The translations under genes and the position numbers were made by a program. A DNA stretch of 64,000 nucleotides. Source: Nitrososphaeria archaeon. Its GTDB lineage: Archaea; Thermoproteota; Nitrososphaeria; JACIWG01. A model generated the notes under the pieces. That model saw nothing but the letters and a program-made list of their open reading frames with translations. It did not search any database and was not told the origin of the DNA. Positions 53,256 through 64,000 of this stretch are shown here, one piece after another (within the stretch, counting starts at the first letter, position 1; each line of letters opens with the position of its first letter). The DNA lies in assembly GCA_050011875.1 (NCBI GenBank), contig JBEKIG010000007.1, forward strand, positions 32,001 through 96,000. Direction: 5' to 3'.

Positions 53256-53879
53256 TTATGAAAAACTGGAATCTTTTAAGAGATTTGATAGCTCTCTTTT
53301 AACTTGCCCCACTGATTTAAACAGAATAGTTTGAACACCAAATTTTCTGAAGAACTCCACATTGACGGTTGAATTGTCAACGATGATCACTTCGTCATCC
53401 TTAACGTTCAATTTCTGAAATAATATTTTCAAGAGCCTTTTATTGGGTTTCAACATACCATGTTCAAAAGAATAAACGTAGCAATCGAACTCTTTGTCCA
53501 AATTATATTTCCTGTTCAAGTATTCGACCCTCTCTTTAGTGTTGTCCGATAGGACAGCGACCTTGTAACATTTCCTAAGTTTTCTTATCAAAGTCTTCAT
53601 ACCCCAATTTCTAGTGTAAGATGAATTCCATATTTCATTTAGGTAACCGATAGTTTTATTATCCGTGTGCAGCTCTCCTTTAGCAGCCTCCCAAAATTTC
53701 TTCTCGTCTATCTTTCCTAGCCTATAATCTCCACCTAAACTATGCCCACCAAAAATTTTTTCAAGTTTACTCTTTGGCACATGTAATATCTCCTCAAATC
53801 GCCTCACCGCCTTGGCCGTTCCATCCGCAAAGTAAACCCCACCTAAGTCGAAGATTATTGCTTTAATTTGGCTTGGCAT
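53256..53879 (-). CDS. HAD-superfamily phosphatase
   Basis: IIFDLGGV, LSD, KP, VDN. Confidence 0.85.
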   Translation of the reverse strand: MPSQIKAIIFDLGGVYFADGTAKAVRRFEEILHVPKSKLEKIFGGHSLGGDYRLGKIDEKKFWEAAKGELHTDNKTIGYLNEIWNSSYTRNWGMKTLIRKLRKCYKVAVLSDNTKERVEYLNRKYNLDKEFDCYVYSFEHGMLKPNKRLLKILFQKLNVKDDEVIIVDNSTVNVEFFRKFGVQTILFKSVGQVKRELSNLLKDSSFS

Positions 53880-54350
53880 ACCAAATACGAGCAACAAGGT
53901 TTAGCTATAAGGATTTGGTTAAACTAGCTAAATTTTTAACAGATCATGTAGCCCTATCCTAAGCTTCTGCCTTAAGTTCATTAATCCTCCAACAAGTATA
54001 CAAAATAAAGGTAATATTTATTGAATGCAGATAAAACAAATTTATTACCTAAAAAAATAAAGATAAAACTATATAGAGCTTAGTTTAATTTTAATAAGCA
54101 AGAATTATCGATAAGATCGAGACTATAATGGAAGTGAAATCTTATTAGTGATTTCCATAGTGATTTTCTTTCGATTTTAACGGAACTAATGTTAGGTCTA
54201 TCCGTTAACTTAAAGATATATTATTTGAGAATAAACCCAACAAAACTCGAGATAAACATAATCTTTTTAATATAGTCTTTTATAGCTATTCCAGCGTCGA
54301 TTTCAGTGTTGAAATTATTCGCTTTAAACCAAAAATGGGGGTGAAGAGTA

Positions 54351-54500
54351 TTGGGATATAATAATTACAGGGGAAGACCACGCGAAATGCATAAGATAAC
54401 TTGTAGTGACTGTGGAAAGGAAGCTACTGTGCCATTCAAGCCAACAGAGGGCAAGCCTGTATATTGTAATGAATGTTACCAGAAACATAGAAGATATTAG
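54351..54500 (+). CDS. CxxC-x17-CxxC domain small protein (missing from ORF track)
   Basis: TTG start after GGGGTGA; REMHKITCSDCGKEATVPFKPTEGKPVYCNECYQKHR. Confidence 0.88.
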   Translation: MGYNNYRGRPREMHKITCSDCGKEATVPFKPTEGKPVYCNECYQKHRRY

Positions 54501-55315
54501 ATTATCTCTTCGCGATTAATCTTATCCACTTTTTATTTTTTTTATAACTACAAAGATTATTATAATTATTACTAATAGGACAGAAATTATCATATAGAGA
54601 AGCAATGGTGTAACAATATCGATCAAGGTTTGGGTTTTGGTTGAATAAGAGATGATAGTGCAAAATTTTTTATAAAAGCATCAACGTAGATCCTAAACTC
54701 AACAAACGTCAAGTAACGAGAAACATACCCTCTATGATGCGGTATGGCTGGTTATTCGAGAAAGGAAGAATTTGTTAACCTACATGGAAAGCAGGGGCGC
54801 TACATCCTCTGCTATGGGTTCAAATATGTATGAAAAGACCTGTCCAACGTGAAGTACTCTGATAACTAAGCGTTTTGTAGTCAAGTTAACCAGTTAGGTG
54901 ACGACCTTATACAGCGTTTCCCTATCAATGCAGTAAGATGACAATTACCTATATTACTTTTGCCCGCATTCTGGACAGAAGCGAGCTAACATGGGGATTC
55001 TGTTATTGAAGTAAGAGCATGTTATTGAAGCGTAAGCCCAAATACGATTAGGACTTAACATGGTCCCACATAAATTGCAATACTTAAATGTTAACGGAAG
55101 ACGGCTATTACAACTTGGACAGACCGAGTGCTTGGCAGGTACAGGCAGAGGAACGAGAACCTAAAGCCCAAGTTGCAAGCCGATCATCTTCAAGCTGATT
55201 ATTTCTAAGTGCCTTAAAAAGTTTAGACAAACATCGAAATTTGAACCAAGTAAATAATGCATCATGAGTACCTGCATGTAGCAAAATTTTTATATTCACT
55301 TTAAGAATTTCTGAC

Positions 55316-55744
55316 GTGCCTTCTGTAAATAAGATAGTTGTAGACTGGCAAAGGAACTTCAGATTTATAGGAAAGGATGAGAATAATCTCACCTTAAGCT
55401 TCGATACGTCGATAAAGAGTGGGGGAGACGGTACCGCGTTATCGCCTATGGAAACTCTGTTAGCGTGTCTAGGGGCATGCACCGGCATGGATATAGTACT
55501 GGTGATGAAGAAAAAAAGGCAGAACCTCATCAAGTTTTCAGTCGAAGTCACTGGTCATAGACGAGACGAAGATCCCATGATATACACCGATATCGAAATG
55601 AAGTACATTCTTACGGGGAAAGGCATAAGCAAGGAAGCGGTCGAAAGGGCCATTGAACTTTCAGAAGAGAAATACTGTTCAGTGGGCGGAATGCTCAAAA
55701 AAGCGGCCAACATAAGGACAACATATGAAATAGTAGAAGAATAA
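55316..55744 (+). CDS. OsmC family protein (YhfA-like)
   Basis: SPMETLL..LGACTG, EKYCSV. Confidence 0.9.
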   Translation: MPSVNKIVVDWQRNFRFIGKDENNLTLSFDTSIKSGGDGTALSPMETLLACLGACTGMDIVLVMKKKRQNLIKFSVEVTGHRRDEDPMIYTDIEMKYILTGKGISKEAVERAIELSEEKYCSVGGMLKKAANIRTTYEIVEE

Positions 55745-56241
55745 TCACCTACTGGCGGTTGAACAATAATTATTCGAAACCCACCTGGAATTATTTAAAT
55801 CGATTACTTTAATTTTTAAAATAAGGGTTAACTGATTTATTGCATATATACCTGCGTCTTTGACAATTTGGTTTATGAGAGCAGAACATTCCTATCTTGT
55901 GTTGACCGTTCTCTAGTTCACATATTTCTTGTTATTTTAATGCCAGCAGCTTATCATAGCACTTCTGCCAGATATTAGCAGCTTTCCTGATACCAACATC
56001 CTATTTGGCATTCGATACCATGTTATTTGCTTCATACGCCTGATTCTCGATTCTATCTAATTCCTTCATGCTTGTGATGTTCGTCTTAATCTCTGACCAG
56101 TCGAAACCAATTGAATGGGCAAGAAACGTCGGTATTCGTTCTTTCTCATTTTCCTTAGCATTCATGTTGCACATTAGAAGTTATGAAAGTATTACTAAAC
56201 AAAAAATTTAACAGCATATAAAATGATGTTAATGGGTAGAA

Positions 56242-57249
56242 ATGACGTTCGTCTTAAAATGTACAAAGGAAACCATACTGGAGAAGACGGGTAAGAAGGT
56301 GGCGATAATCGGTGCTGGCCCAGCGGGGTTAAAGGCCGCCGATGAACTTATCTGTTTAGGGCACGAAGTTCATGTCTACGATCAGATGCCCGAAGCTGGC
56401 GGACTACTTGTCTTCGGAATTCCAGAAGACAGAATAAAAAAGGAAAGTGTGAGAGAATACGTGAAGCAATTAGAGTATGCTGGTGTGATATTCAAGACGA
56501 ACGTAAAGGTCGGAAGAGACGTCAAATTCGCTGATCTGATAAAGGACTATGATGCCGTTTTACTGGCGACTGGTGCCTGGAGTAATCGAAGGATGAATCT
56601 GTCCGGAGTAGATCTCAAAGGCGTCTACTATGCGCTAGACCTGATAATTCACAATAATTATGAAAAGCTCGGTTACCCAGATAGCTTTCACCCACCACTG
56701 TTGACTGGAACTGTAGTCGTAATCGGGGGAGGGCTTACGGCTGTTGACGCTTGCACCCTTGCTTTAGAAAAAAAAGCCGAAAAAGTGATATTGATGTATA
56801 GGAGGACTAAGGAATACGCGCCGGCAGGCCGAAGGATGATCGAAAAACTTCAATCCTTGGGGGTCGAATACGATGAACTATCTCAGCCGGTTGAATTCGT
56901 TGGGGATGAAATGGGCAATTTGAAGGCGGTAAAAGCTGTCAGAACACGTTTAATAGAAAACGATATAAAAGGTCATCCTAGGTCTGTTCCCATCGAAAGC
57001 ACTGAATATATGATACCAGCTGACTCTGTTTTGTTGGCAACGGGTTTAATTCCATCATTTCCAACTGACGCTATTGATGTAGTAAAAGCAAGTAGCCAAG
57101 GTGGCGGAGAAATGTTTAGGACGAACATTGTTAACGTGTTCATAGCAGGAGATGTTAAACATGGCGCATCATTTATTTTGCCTGCCATGCAAAGTGGAAT
57201 CCAAGTTGCTGAATTAATTCACGAATATCTTGTTAAACAGAAGGATTAA
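56242..57249 (+). CDS. Glutamate synthase small-chain-like FAD oxidoreductase (GltD/SudA-like, lacking Fe-S N-terminus)
   Basis: GAGPAG, GGLLVFGIP, GGGLTAVD, AGD. Confidence 0.85.
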   Translation: MTFVLKCTKETILEKTGKKVAIIGAGPAGLKAADELICLGHEVHVYDQMPEAGGLLVFGIPEDRIKKESVREYVKQLEYAGVIFKTNVKVGRDVKFADLIKDYDAVLLATGAWSNRRMNLSGVDLKGVYYALDLIIHNNYEKLGYPDSFHPPLLTGTVVVIGGGLTAVDACTLALEKKAEKVILMYRRTKEYAPAGRRMIEKLQSLGVEYDELSQPVEFVGDEMGNLKAVKAVRTRLIENDIKGHPRSVPIESTEYMIPADSVLLATGLIPSFPTDAIDVVKASSQGGGEMFRTNIVNVFIAGDVKHGASFILPAMQSGIQVAELIHEYLVKQKD

Positions 57250-57479
57250 CTACCTTAAAATCATAATCTTACCAGTTTAAGCAATTTTATGGGATCTATC
57301 TACAAATAGTTAACCATGACATTTTTAATTAAAAATAGAGATACCTTATAAAATCATCGAAACTTTTTAGTTGGTCTGTCTACACAAACTGTTCTTTTAA
57401 AGTGTCAAGAACAAGGCTATAAATTTCCTAGTCAGTGTGTTCATTGTTTCCGTAGGTAGTACTTAACTTCTGACTCGAA

Positions 57480-57682
57480 CCTTTAAAAGTGGTCAAATCG
57501 ATATAAGCACCTGAAAAATCGAAATCGTAAACATGTCAGCATCAGATTAAACCCTAGATAGCATTAAACAATATATCGATTTAGGTATCACCGACTTCAA
57601 TATAGGAACTGATACTAAGATTCTCTATAACCTTTGGAGAGAACAAGGCAACAGATTCAGGAAGCTATTCTCTAAAATTTAA
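57480..57682 (+). pseudogene. C-terminal remnant, HpcH/HpaI aldolase-like
   Basis: QYIDLGITDFNIGTDTKILYNLWREQG. Confidence 0.45.
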
Positions 57683-57817
57683 GAATACTACATTAAGCAT
57701 CAGTTGATCTCTTTCTCCTATCGCTAGATTTTAATTGGGTAAAAAGCTTGGTTCCAATCTAGGAACTTGAAAAACTTAAATCACTTAGTTATTGACTGAT
57801 CCTTAAGATATTAAATC

Positions 57818-58580
57818 TTGAAAATTAAAAACTTTACGATCAACGTTATTATTGCAATAATCTTAATCGTTATATTATTCCCTATTATTTGGATGTTACT
57901 TTGTTCTTTCAAATCGAATGTGGATATTATTACTCTCAAATTTTTCTTTAAACCGACCCTAGCCAATTATTTAAATGTTTTATCAACAGGGCGGCTCCTT
58001 ACCGGTTTAAAAAACAGCGTGATAGTTGATGCAGGTGCATTACTTATAGGATTTGCGGTCGGTGTCCCTTTGGCGTATATCTTTGCTCGAGTAAACTTTC
58101 GTGGAAGAGAGTACTTGAAATTTTATGTCGCTTCTCTAAGATTTATGCCTCCTGTCGCAGTCATTATTCCTTTCCTGGCTATCTGGTTAATAGTAGGTCT
58201 ATATGATACGCAGATTGCGCTTATTGTTACGTATTCGATGATAACCTCGTGCACGATGATCTGGTTATGCATCGAATGCTTTACCTCAGTACCTATCAGT
58301 TGTGAAGAATCTGCCGCAGTAGATGGCTGTGATCCTTTCCAAGTTTTTTATTCCAAGTGTGCTTGCGATGCTTGTTTTCACTTTTATCTCAGTATGGAAT
58401 GAATTCTTCCTAGCATTTGTTCTTACTGTCTTCAAAGCGTATACTCTGCCAGTAGCAGTCGAAGGAGCAATGGGTTCGTGGGGGCAGGTTTCCGCTATGG
58501 TTATCCTGTTTTCACTTCCACCATTACTATTAACATGGATTCTTTTAAGATACCTGCCAAGTTACTATAAAATAGAATAA
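57818..58580 (+). pseudogene. Carbohydrate ABC transporter permease, frameshifted
   Basis: MPPVA, EESAAVDG, then frame switch to WNEFFLA...TLPVAV; no partner subunits nearby. Confidence 0.8.
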
Positions 58581-58799
58581 TCGAAACCTCAAACAATTTC
58601 TATAATTAAAAAGGCAATAATACTTGAAAATTAAAATATGGATTAAAAGTTTCAAGAATAATAGACGGTTGCTGTTCATTCGCAAACTAGTAGGCATGTA
58701 TAAGTAAATATATATAAATTTGTTAGATATATTCAGAAATATTTCAGAAGTTCAGTATAACTATATTGTAATAAACTCTACTTTCGAAATATATTTGAA

Positions 58800-59035
58800 A
58801 AATTTTTCTTCCTTGTATCTGGAGTTATAATAAGTGTTCCTTTCACTTTTTTTGTTGAGACATTAACTAACTAGTACTTAATAAATTTGAATACGTCACA
58901 ATTCTATATTACTATACTTTCTCTATCAATATCAACGTCTTTTATTGAGGAATTTGCAAAGGTCTACCCTCTATTCTATCGCCATGGAGAAACTGAAAGA
59001 TAGATTTTTATCTTAGGTTTTCTAGTAGAATTAAC
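58800..59035 (+). pseudogene. PrsW-family protease remnant
   Basis: FIEEFAKVYPLFYRHGETER*IFILGFLV. Confidence 0.6.
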
Positions 59036-59304
59036 TTTAAACTATTACAGGTAATATAATAGCTAAATTTTCAAAAAAATAGAGCAAGTACAGCCTAAAG
59101 TACCATATGAGAATGAATTTGCATGCTTCGAATTCGAGGAATCCATCAATAAAGTAGCTGTCGATACTATTTATTAGAATAGACCACCACATTTAAAGTT
59201 CAGAGATGAGCGTCCAAATCCTTGGTTCATCATTTCTTAGAGGAATTTAATCGTAAGGCCTTGTGTTCACGTGTTTTTGCTCTTTCTCAGGCTATCGGTC
59301 GCGG

Positions 59305-59877
59305 CTATAGTCCGATAGTCTTTACCATCATCTTTCCCATGTACCTTACACCTTCTATGCCCTCTTTATCTTTGGCGACTTCCCCCTTCTTATTACCTAT
59401 GGCGAACGCCCTTCCACCGCTTGGGATTATCATCCTGACTGCTGTTACGAACATGATCATCTGGTCACAGGTTCTTGCTGCACCAGAGCGACGGGCGACA
59501 GCGATGACACCACCAACCTTCCCTGCGAAGTCCTTTTTTTCCCGTGCTAGGGCGAGGTAGCCTATCCTATCTATGGATGTCTTCATCTGCGCCGTCACAC
59601 CCTGAAAGTAGGAGGGGCTGCCAAGAATGAAGCCATCCGCCTTGAGAATCTCCTGGTAGAGCTTCTCGCCGTCATCATCGATAACACATTCCTTAGTGTT
59701 AAAGCAAGTCCTGCATGCGTTACATGGTTGGAGACTGTAGTCGGAGATGCGTATTAACTTAACATCTGCACCCTCCTCCTTTGCAGCAGTCAAAGCCTCC
59801 TGCAATATCATGTCGGTATTACCCCCAACCCTAGGGCTTCCACTTATCCCTACAATGAGCATTTCTATCTCTTCCAT
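59305..59877 (-). CDS. Iron-sulfur flavoprotein / flavodoxin family
   Basis: GSPRVGGNT, CNACRTC..C, GSPSYF. Confidence 0.9.
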   Translation of the reverse strand: MEEIEMLIVGISGSPRVGGNTDMILQEALTAAKEEGADVKLIRISDYSLQPCNACRTCFNTKECVIDDDGEKLYQEILKADGFILGSPSYFQGVTAQMKTSIDRIGYLALAREKKDFAGKVGGVIAVARRSGAARTCDQMIMFVTAVRMIIPSGGRAFAIGNKKGEVAKDKEGIEGVRYMGKMMVKTIGL

Positions 59878-60220
59878 ACCACATTTCTAACTAATATATC
59901 TACTCTCGTTTATCTCCCTTCCAGAGAATTACAGAAAATTCAATTTAATAAGAAAAAACAAGTTAAACCGTCTTTAACATATTCTACAAAACAATTCCAA
60001 AAATTTGATATGGGCCAAACATTGTTTGACAAAAAATTGAAAAAATTAACCAACACTGCTTTACGAATCGTTTTGTGCAAATTAGTTTCAAGTTCCTTTA
60101 CTGCATCATAAAAGAAAAAGATAAAGGTAGAATTTTAATTTTACAAAATGCAATAACGAAAGTTTATAAGAATTTAAAGAAAAAAGTGGAGGTGGTTATA
60201 CTTTTCTACATTATCGCCTA

Positions 60221-60628
60221 TCATTCTGAGGTTTTTCCGTCAAAGTGTTCTTCGCTAGTCATCGCTTCCTTCTTGGTACGGCGCACTACGCCGTCCTGGT
60301 GTTCAGGCGGAGAGTAGATCGTGTAAAGTTTGAGGTTCACGAGCTTAGAGGTGTTGACAACGTTATGTCTGGCACCCGATGGGATGATGACCGCGCTTCC
60401 GTCCTTGATACGGTGTTCTACGCCGTCAATAACCACTTTACCTTTCCCTTCCTCAAATCGGAAGAATTGATCAACATCTTCATGCGTTTCCTCACCTATT
60501 TCTTCACCGGGCTTGAGGCTCATGAGCACGAGCTGGCTGTGCTTCCCCGTATAAAGTACATGACGGAAATCAGCGTTCTTTTTTGTTTCTTTCTCGATAT
60601 CGACTATGTATCCTCTCAAATCTATCAC
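60221..60628 (-). CDS. Cupin domain protein
   Basis: QLVLMSL.PGEEIGEE.H..DQFF, YSPPEH. Confidence 0.9.
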   Translation of the reverse strand: MIDLRGYIVDIEKETKKNADFRHVLYTGKHSQLVLMSLKPGEEIGEETHEDVDQFFRFEEGKGKVVIDGVEHRIKDGSAVIIPSGARHNVVNTSKLVNLKLYTIYSPPEHQDGVVRRTKKEAMTSEEHFDGKTSE

Positions 60629-61076
60629 CTTGATTTATAAAAGCACCCAACCCCTTATTAAGATTTATACAAACAAAGTTGCCCTGAGCTGAGCGACCGA
60701 CTTCTCAGAAGCTTTAAACATACGTCACATTGGCTCTATTATTTTTAGAGGAACTGTGAATATTGCATTTCTATTTTTATCGTATTGGCTATTTACTGTT
60801 GGTAAGTACCGACGATGAGGATTATATTAGTTTTGACTTTCGTTTATCTGAGGTGAAAAGGAGTTGAAACATATGAAACACTCGTCAAGTGGATTAAGGA
60901 AGCGATAGGTTCACCTTAGTTAATGGATAACTGTTGGCACACTTTAAGGGGGATATCCTTATCTCTTTGGTGCATCTTATTAATTGGTTTCGTATATGTA
61001 GAAATGATCTAACGTAAATCTCTGAAGATTCAGTTTTCTAATAAAAATTTAAATAAAGCTAAGAAATTGGAACCAT

Positions 61077-62027
61077 ATGGAATTTCTAGTTTTGGGTTGT
61101 AGGGGATATGGTAAAGTACACATTGAAGCTCTTCAAAAGTTAGGCGTGGAAGTAAGTGCTTTTGCCAGGACTGAAGGAGCATTAGAGGAGTGCTCCAAAT
61201 ATTCTCACTTGAAGAGGTCATTCACGGACATCAACGAAGCAATAAATTCTCCTGCTGATGTGATAGATATAGTGTTGCCTCACAGCATGCACAAAGAGAT
61301 CGCCGTCAAGGCATTGAAGAGGGGGAAACACGTTCTAGTCGAGAAGCCTATTGCCACAACGGTTCGAGATGCTTGGGAAATGGTGAATACCGCGAAGGAG
61401 ATGAAGAGGAAGTTTATGGTCATGGAACAGTGCTTTTTCGACCCCTCCGTCAGTATGACAAAGAAACTGATAAGTGAAGGAAAAATAGGAAAGGTTCACT
61501 CTATTATAGTAAGGGCTCAGGAAAGGTGGGGTGGAGGAGGATGGAGGGTCGGCATGAGAGAGATGGGAGGTGGTAACCTAATAGATGGAGGAATCCACTT
61601 TATGGATACTTTCCTTAACTTCGGGGGAGAGTATTTAGAAGTCAAGGCCTTCACCTACAGAACAGGGGAGATATTAGAGGGTGAAGATACGACCATGGCA
61701 CTGTTCAGGTTCAGGGCTGGTGCTTATGGTATGTTCTACTACAGCTGGAATTACCCAAATCCTCCTGCCCTACCAAGATTTGAAGTTGTTGGTGATGGGG
61801 GAAGCATAGTAGAAGACGTAAGGTTGAGGTTGAAGAGACCTTATGGGCCGCTTATCGTAAACGGAAACCCATTGCCTGTTGAGGATGTGGATGTCTACTA
61901 TGGGATGATGAGGGATTTTAAAAAAAGCATCGAAGAGAATTCGGAAGTTCCCTTCCCACCCGAGTTAGCTGTGAGGGATCTGGAAGGAGTTATAGCGATA
62001 TATTCAGCCAGCAACGCATTCAGATAG
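61077..62027 (+). CDS. Gfo/Idh/MocA oxidoreductase
   Basis: VLVEKPIA, GGGNLIDGGIH. Confidence 0.9.
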   Translation: MEFLVLGCRGYGKVHIEALQKLGVEVSAFARTEGALEECSKYSHLKRSFTDINEAINSPADVIDIVLPHSMHKEIAVKALKRGKHVLVEKPIATTVRDAWEMVNTAKEMKRKFMVMEQCFFDPSVSMTKKLISEGKIGKVHSIIVRAQERWGGGGWRVGMREMGGGNLIDGGIHFMDTFLNFGGEYLEVKAFTYRTGEILEGEDTTMALFRFRAGAYGMFYYSWNYPNPPALPRFEVVGDGGSIVEDVRLRLKRPYGPLIVNGNPLPVEDVDVYYGMMRDFKKSIEENSEVPFPPELAVRDLEGVIAIYSASNAFR

Positions 62028-62346
62028 TGAAAAAGAGCTTTTAATGGAAATAGCCCTATTGATCCAATTTTTCTGAGAATAATTAGGTTTAGGTATTAGA
62101 ATACATTCTTAGTTTTCTAATAACATTGTTATATCAGGTCTTAATTGGACCTCATCGACGGCCGTATAGTTGACTGCCAAAAATGTGTTTTGTTTCCGAT
62201 TTACTTTATTATTTGATTCTATTAGCTTATGCGTTGAAGATTCTGGTAAAGGGACTAAATATGTTGTTTGAGCTGAATAGAATGAGTAAAAGAATCTCAA
62301 GATTTCAAATGCAGCTGCAATCAAAAATCAGGGTCGTGAATGAAAA

Positions 62347-63210
62347 ATGAATGAAATGACAGGTAAGGTTTGCATTGTAACGGGAAGCAACTCGGGTATT
62401 GGAAAAGAGACTGCTTTGGGTTTAGCTCAGATGGGCGCGCACGCCGTAATGGTGGTGCGCAACATGGGACGTGGTGGAAAAGCTAGAGCTGAAATAATCA
62501 ACAAAAGCGGGAACCGTTCCATAGACCTTATGAATTGTGACCTTTCGTTGATGAATTCGATACGAAAATTTGCCGAGGAATTCAGAGGCAAATATGATAG
62601 GCTGGATGTGCTGATTAACAATGCGGGAGCAGCCTTCAACTCCCGAGAAGTAACAATTGAGGGTCTAGAAAGGACTTTAGCCGTAGACTATTTTGGGCCG
62701 TTTCTGCTTACACATGAACTTTTACCCTTGCTCAAGTCTAGCGCGCCCTCAAGAATAATAAATTTGAGCTCAGGGCTACAAAAGAATGGGCAAGTCGATC
62801 TTGACGGCCTAAAAGGTGAAAAAGAGTTTGACCATTCAGGGCCATCAGTTTATGCCAACGCCAAACTTATGGTCACCATGTTCACCTATGAGCTTGCACG
62901 CCAGCTTGAGGGTACTGGAGTAACTGCCAACGTAGTTTTACCCGGCTTCGTTGCAACAAATCTTGGAATAAACAGCGGAAGCCTCGTATCTTCCATAATG
63001 TTCAAGCTGTTCCGTCCCATGCAGGTTAGTCCTAAGAAGGGAGCTGAAACTTCTCTTTATATGGCCTCGTCCGAAGATGTAAGCAATGTTACTGGAAAAT
63101 GTTTTTCAAAGAAACAGGAAAAAACAACCCCACAAATATCCCAAGATAGGCAATTGCAAAAACAATTATGGGAAAAGACGCTAGAAGTCTTAGGTTTGAC
63201 TTCCTACTAA
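62347..63210 (+). CDS. SDR oxidoreductase (retinol dehydrogenase-like)
   Basis: TGSNSGIG, NNAG, YANAK. Confidence 0.9.
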   Translation: MNEMTGKVCIVTGSNSGIGKETALGLAQMGAHAVMVVRNMGRGGKARAEIINKSGNRSIDLMNCDLSLMNSIRKFAEEFRGKYDRLDVLINNAGAAFNSREVTIEGLERTLAVDYFGPFLLTHELLPLLKSSAPSRIINLSSGLQKNGQVDLDGLKGEKEFDHSGPSVYANAKLMVTMFTYELARQLEGTGVTANVVLPGFVATNLGINSGSLVSSIMFKLFRPMQVSPKKGAETSLYMASSEDVSNVTGKCFSKKQEKTTPQISQDRQLQKQLWEKTLEVLGLTSY

Positions 63211-63237
63211 TCAGTTAGCATAAGAGGAAATATTAAT

Positions 63238-63705
63238 TTGGGTCGCCTCGATCCGAAAAAACTGCATGTCCTGTTTGCACTAGGAGCCTCGCAAGAAATT
63301 CTTATTTTACATAGAAGGTACACGCTTACTCATTCTGACACCACAGGCGACCTTTTTCTTACAATCGAACTCGATTACAATAGTAAACAGATATCAAGGA
63401 TCTACACACACTTTATGCGTGATGAAATACTGGCTGAATGGAAGGAAGACGATGGAGAAAGTTTCTTTCTTAACGTGTATTGCTACATATCTGGAGGTTC
63501 CATCTTTGGTAGGGCATCTTGGCGTGAATCTATCTTTCGCAGTGAAATGTCCTTGGTCTTGGAAGCAATTAGATACGGAGGTCTCAAAATGTTTGCCAAA
63601 TATACAAAACTTGATCAAGCAGTGATAATGATACATTTTACATCCTCAAAATCCTCCTTACCCAAAATTGAGTAATGGGGGTCATCTAGAGACTACAAAA
63701 TTTGA
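63238..63705 (+). CDS. Staygreen (SGR) family protein, likely shortened by TAA at 63673
   Basis: RRYTLTHSDTTGDLFLTI, MRDEILAEW, IF..E..LVL; conserved WG lies just after the stop. Confidence 0.8.
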
Positions 63706-63793
63706 TCAACCACTAGCTCGCACTACCCCAAATCCAATACATTGATCGAACTATGCTTCTTAAGAGTCCACCATTTTGCAATCCTAAGGGAAT

Positions 63794-64000
63794 TCATCGA
63801 CGCTTGAATTTCACAAAAACGACAATGGCAATCAATGATATTGCTAAGATAATTGCACCTATTCCAGCTGTTGTGACTATGCTCTGATTTCCGCTTTGCA
63901 TTACGGAGATGCCGACTAGCGCCCAGATGATGACTAGTCCATATGCTACGTCTTTCCTTGTTGTTATGACGAGTAGAGCTATCAACATGGCGACGATTAT
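63794..64000 (-). CDS. C-terminal part of a membrane protein (tryptophan-rich sensory protein-like), truncated by window edge
   Basis: RKDVAYGLVIIWALVGI motif. Confidence 0.6.
   Translation of the reverse strand: MIVAMLIALLVITTRKDVAYGLVIIWALVGISVMQSGNQSIVTTAGIGAIILAISLIAIVVFVKFKRR

Noticed and set aside
55001-55036. Short direct repeat TGTTATTGAAG x2
   Set aside because: Only two copies inside eroded sequence; likely local duplication

Overview
Archaeal chromosomal segment. The ThiL type, the small conserved protein at 5994, the archaeal class I aldolase, the HMG-CoA synthase/thiolase/DUF35 operon and a BHB tRNA intron suggest a TACK archaeon, perhaps a non-ammonia-oxidising Nitrososphaerota or Bathyarchaeia-like lineage (inference). 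It carries four tRNA genes: Leu-GAG, Thr-CGT, Arg-TCT with an atypical C33, and Arg-CCT with a D-loop intron. Two convergent tRNA-Arg genes bracket a ~13.5 kb accessory block holding a bacterial-type pentose phosphate operon (tkt, tal-pgi fusion, gnd, zwf). The rest is mevalonate genes, a glycosylation cluster, 2-oxoacid:ferredoxin oxidoreductase, a MutS-ATPase-domain protein, a Staygreen homologue and many decayed genes. The most striking unexplained signal is a pair of homologous ~170-bp non-coding elements (6772-6943 and ~21529-21761) in inverted orientation. They share identical GGCTCA/TGAGCC spacing (48/60/50 bp), an ungapped 60-bp core with conserved blocks, and a nearby GC hairpin each. 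All calls are from reading the sequence and translations; no searches were run.
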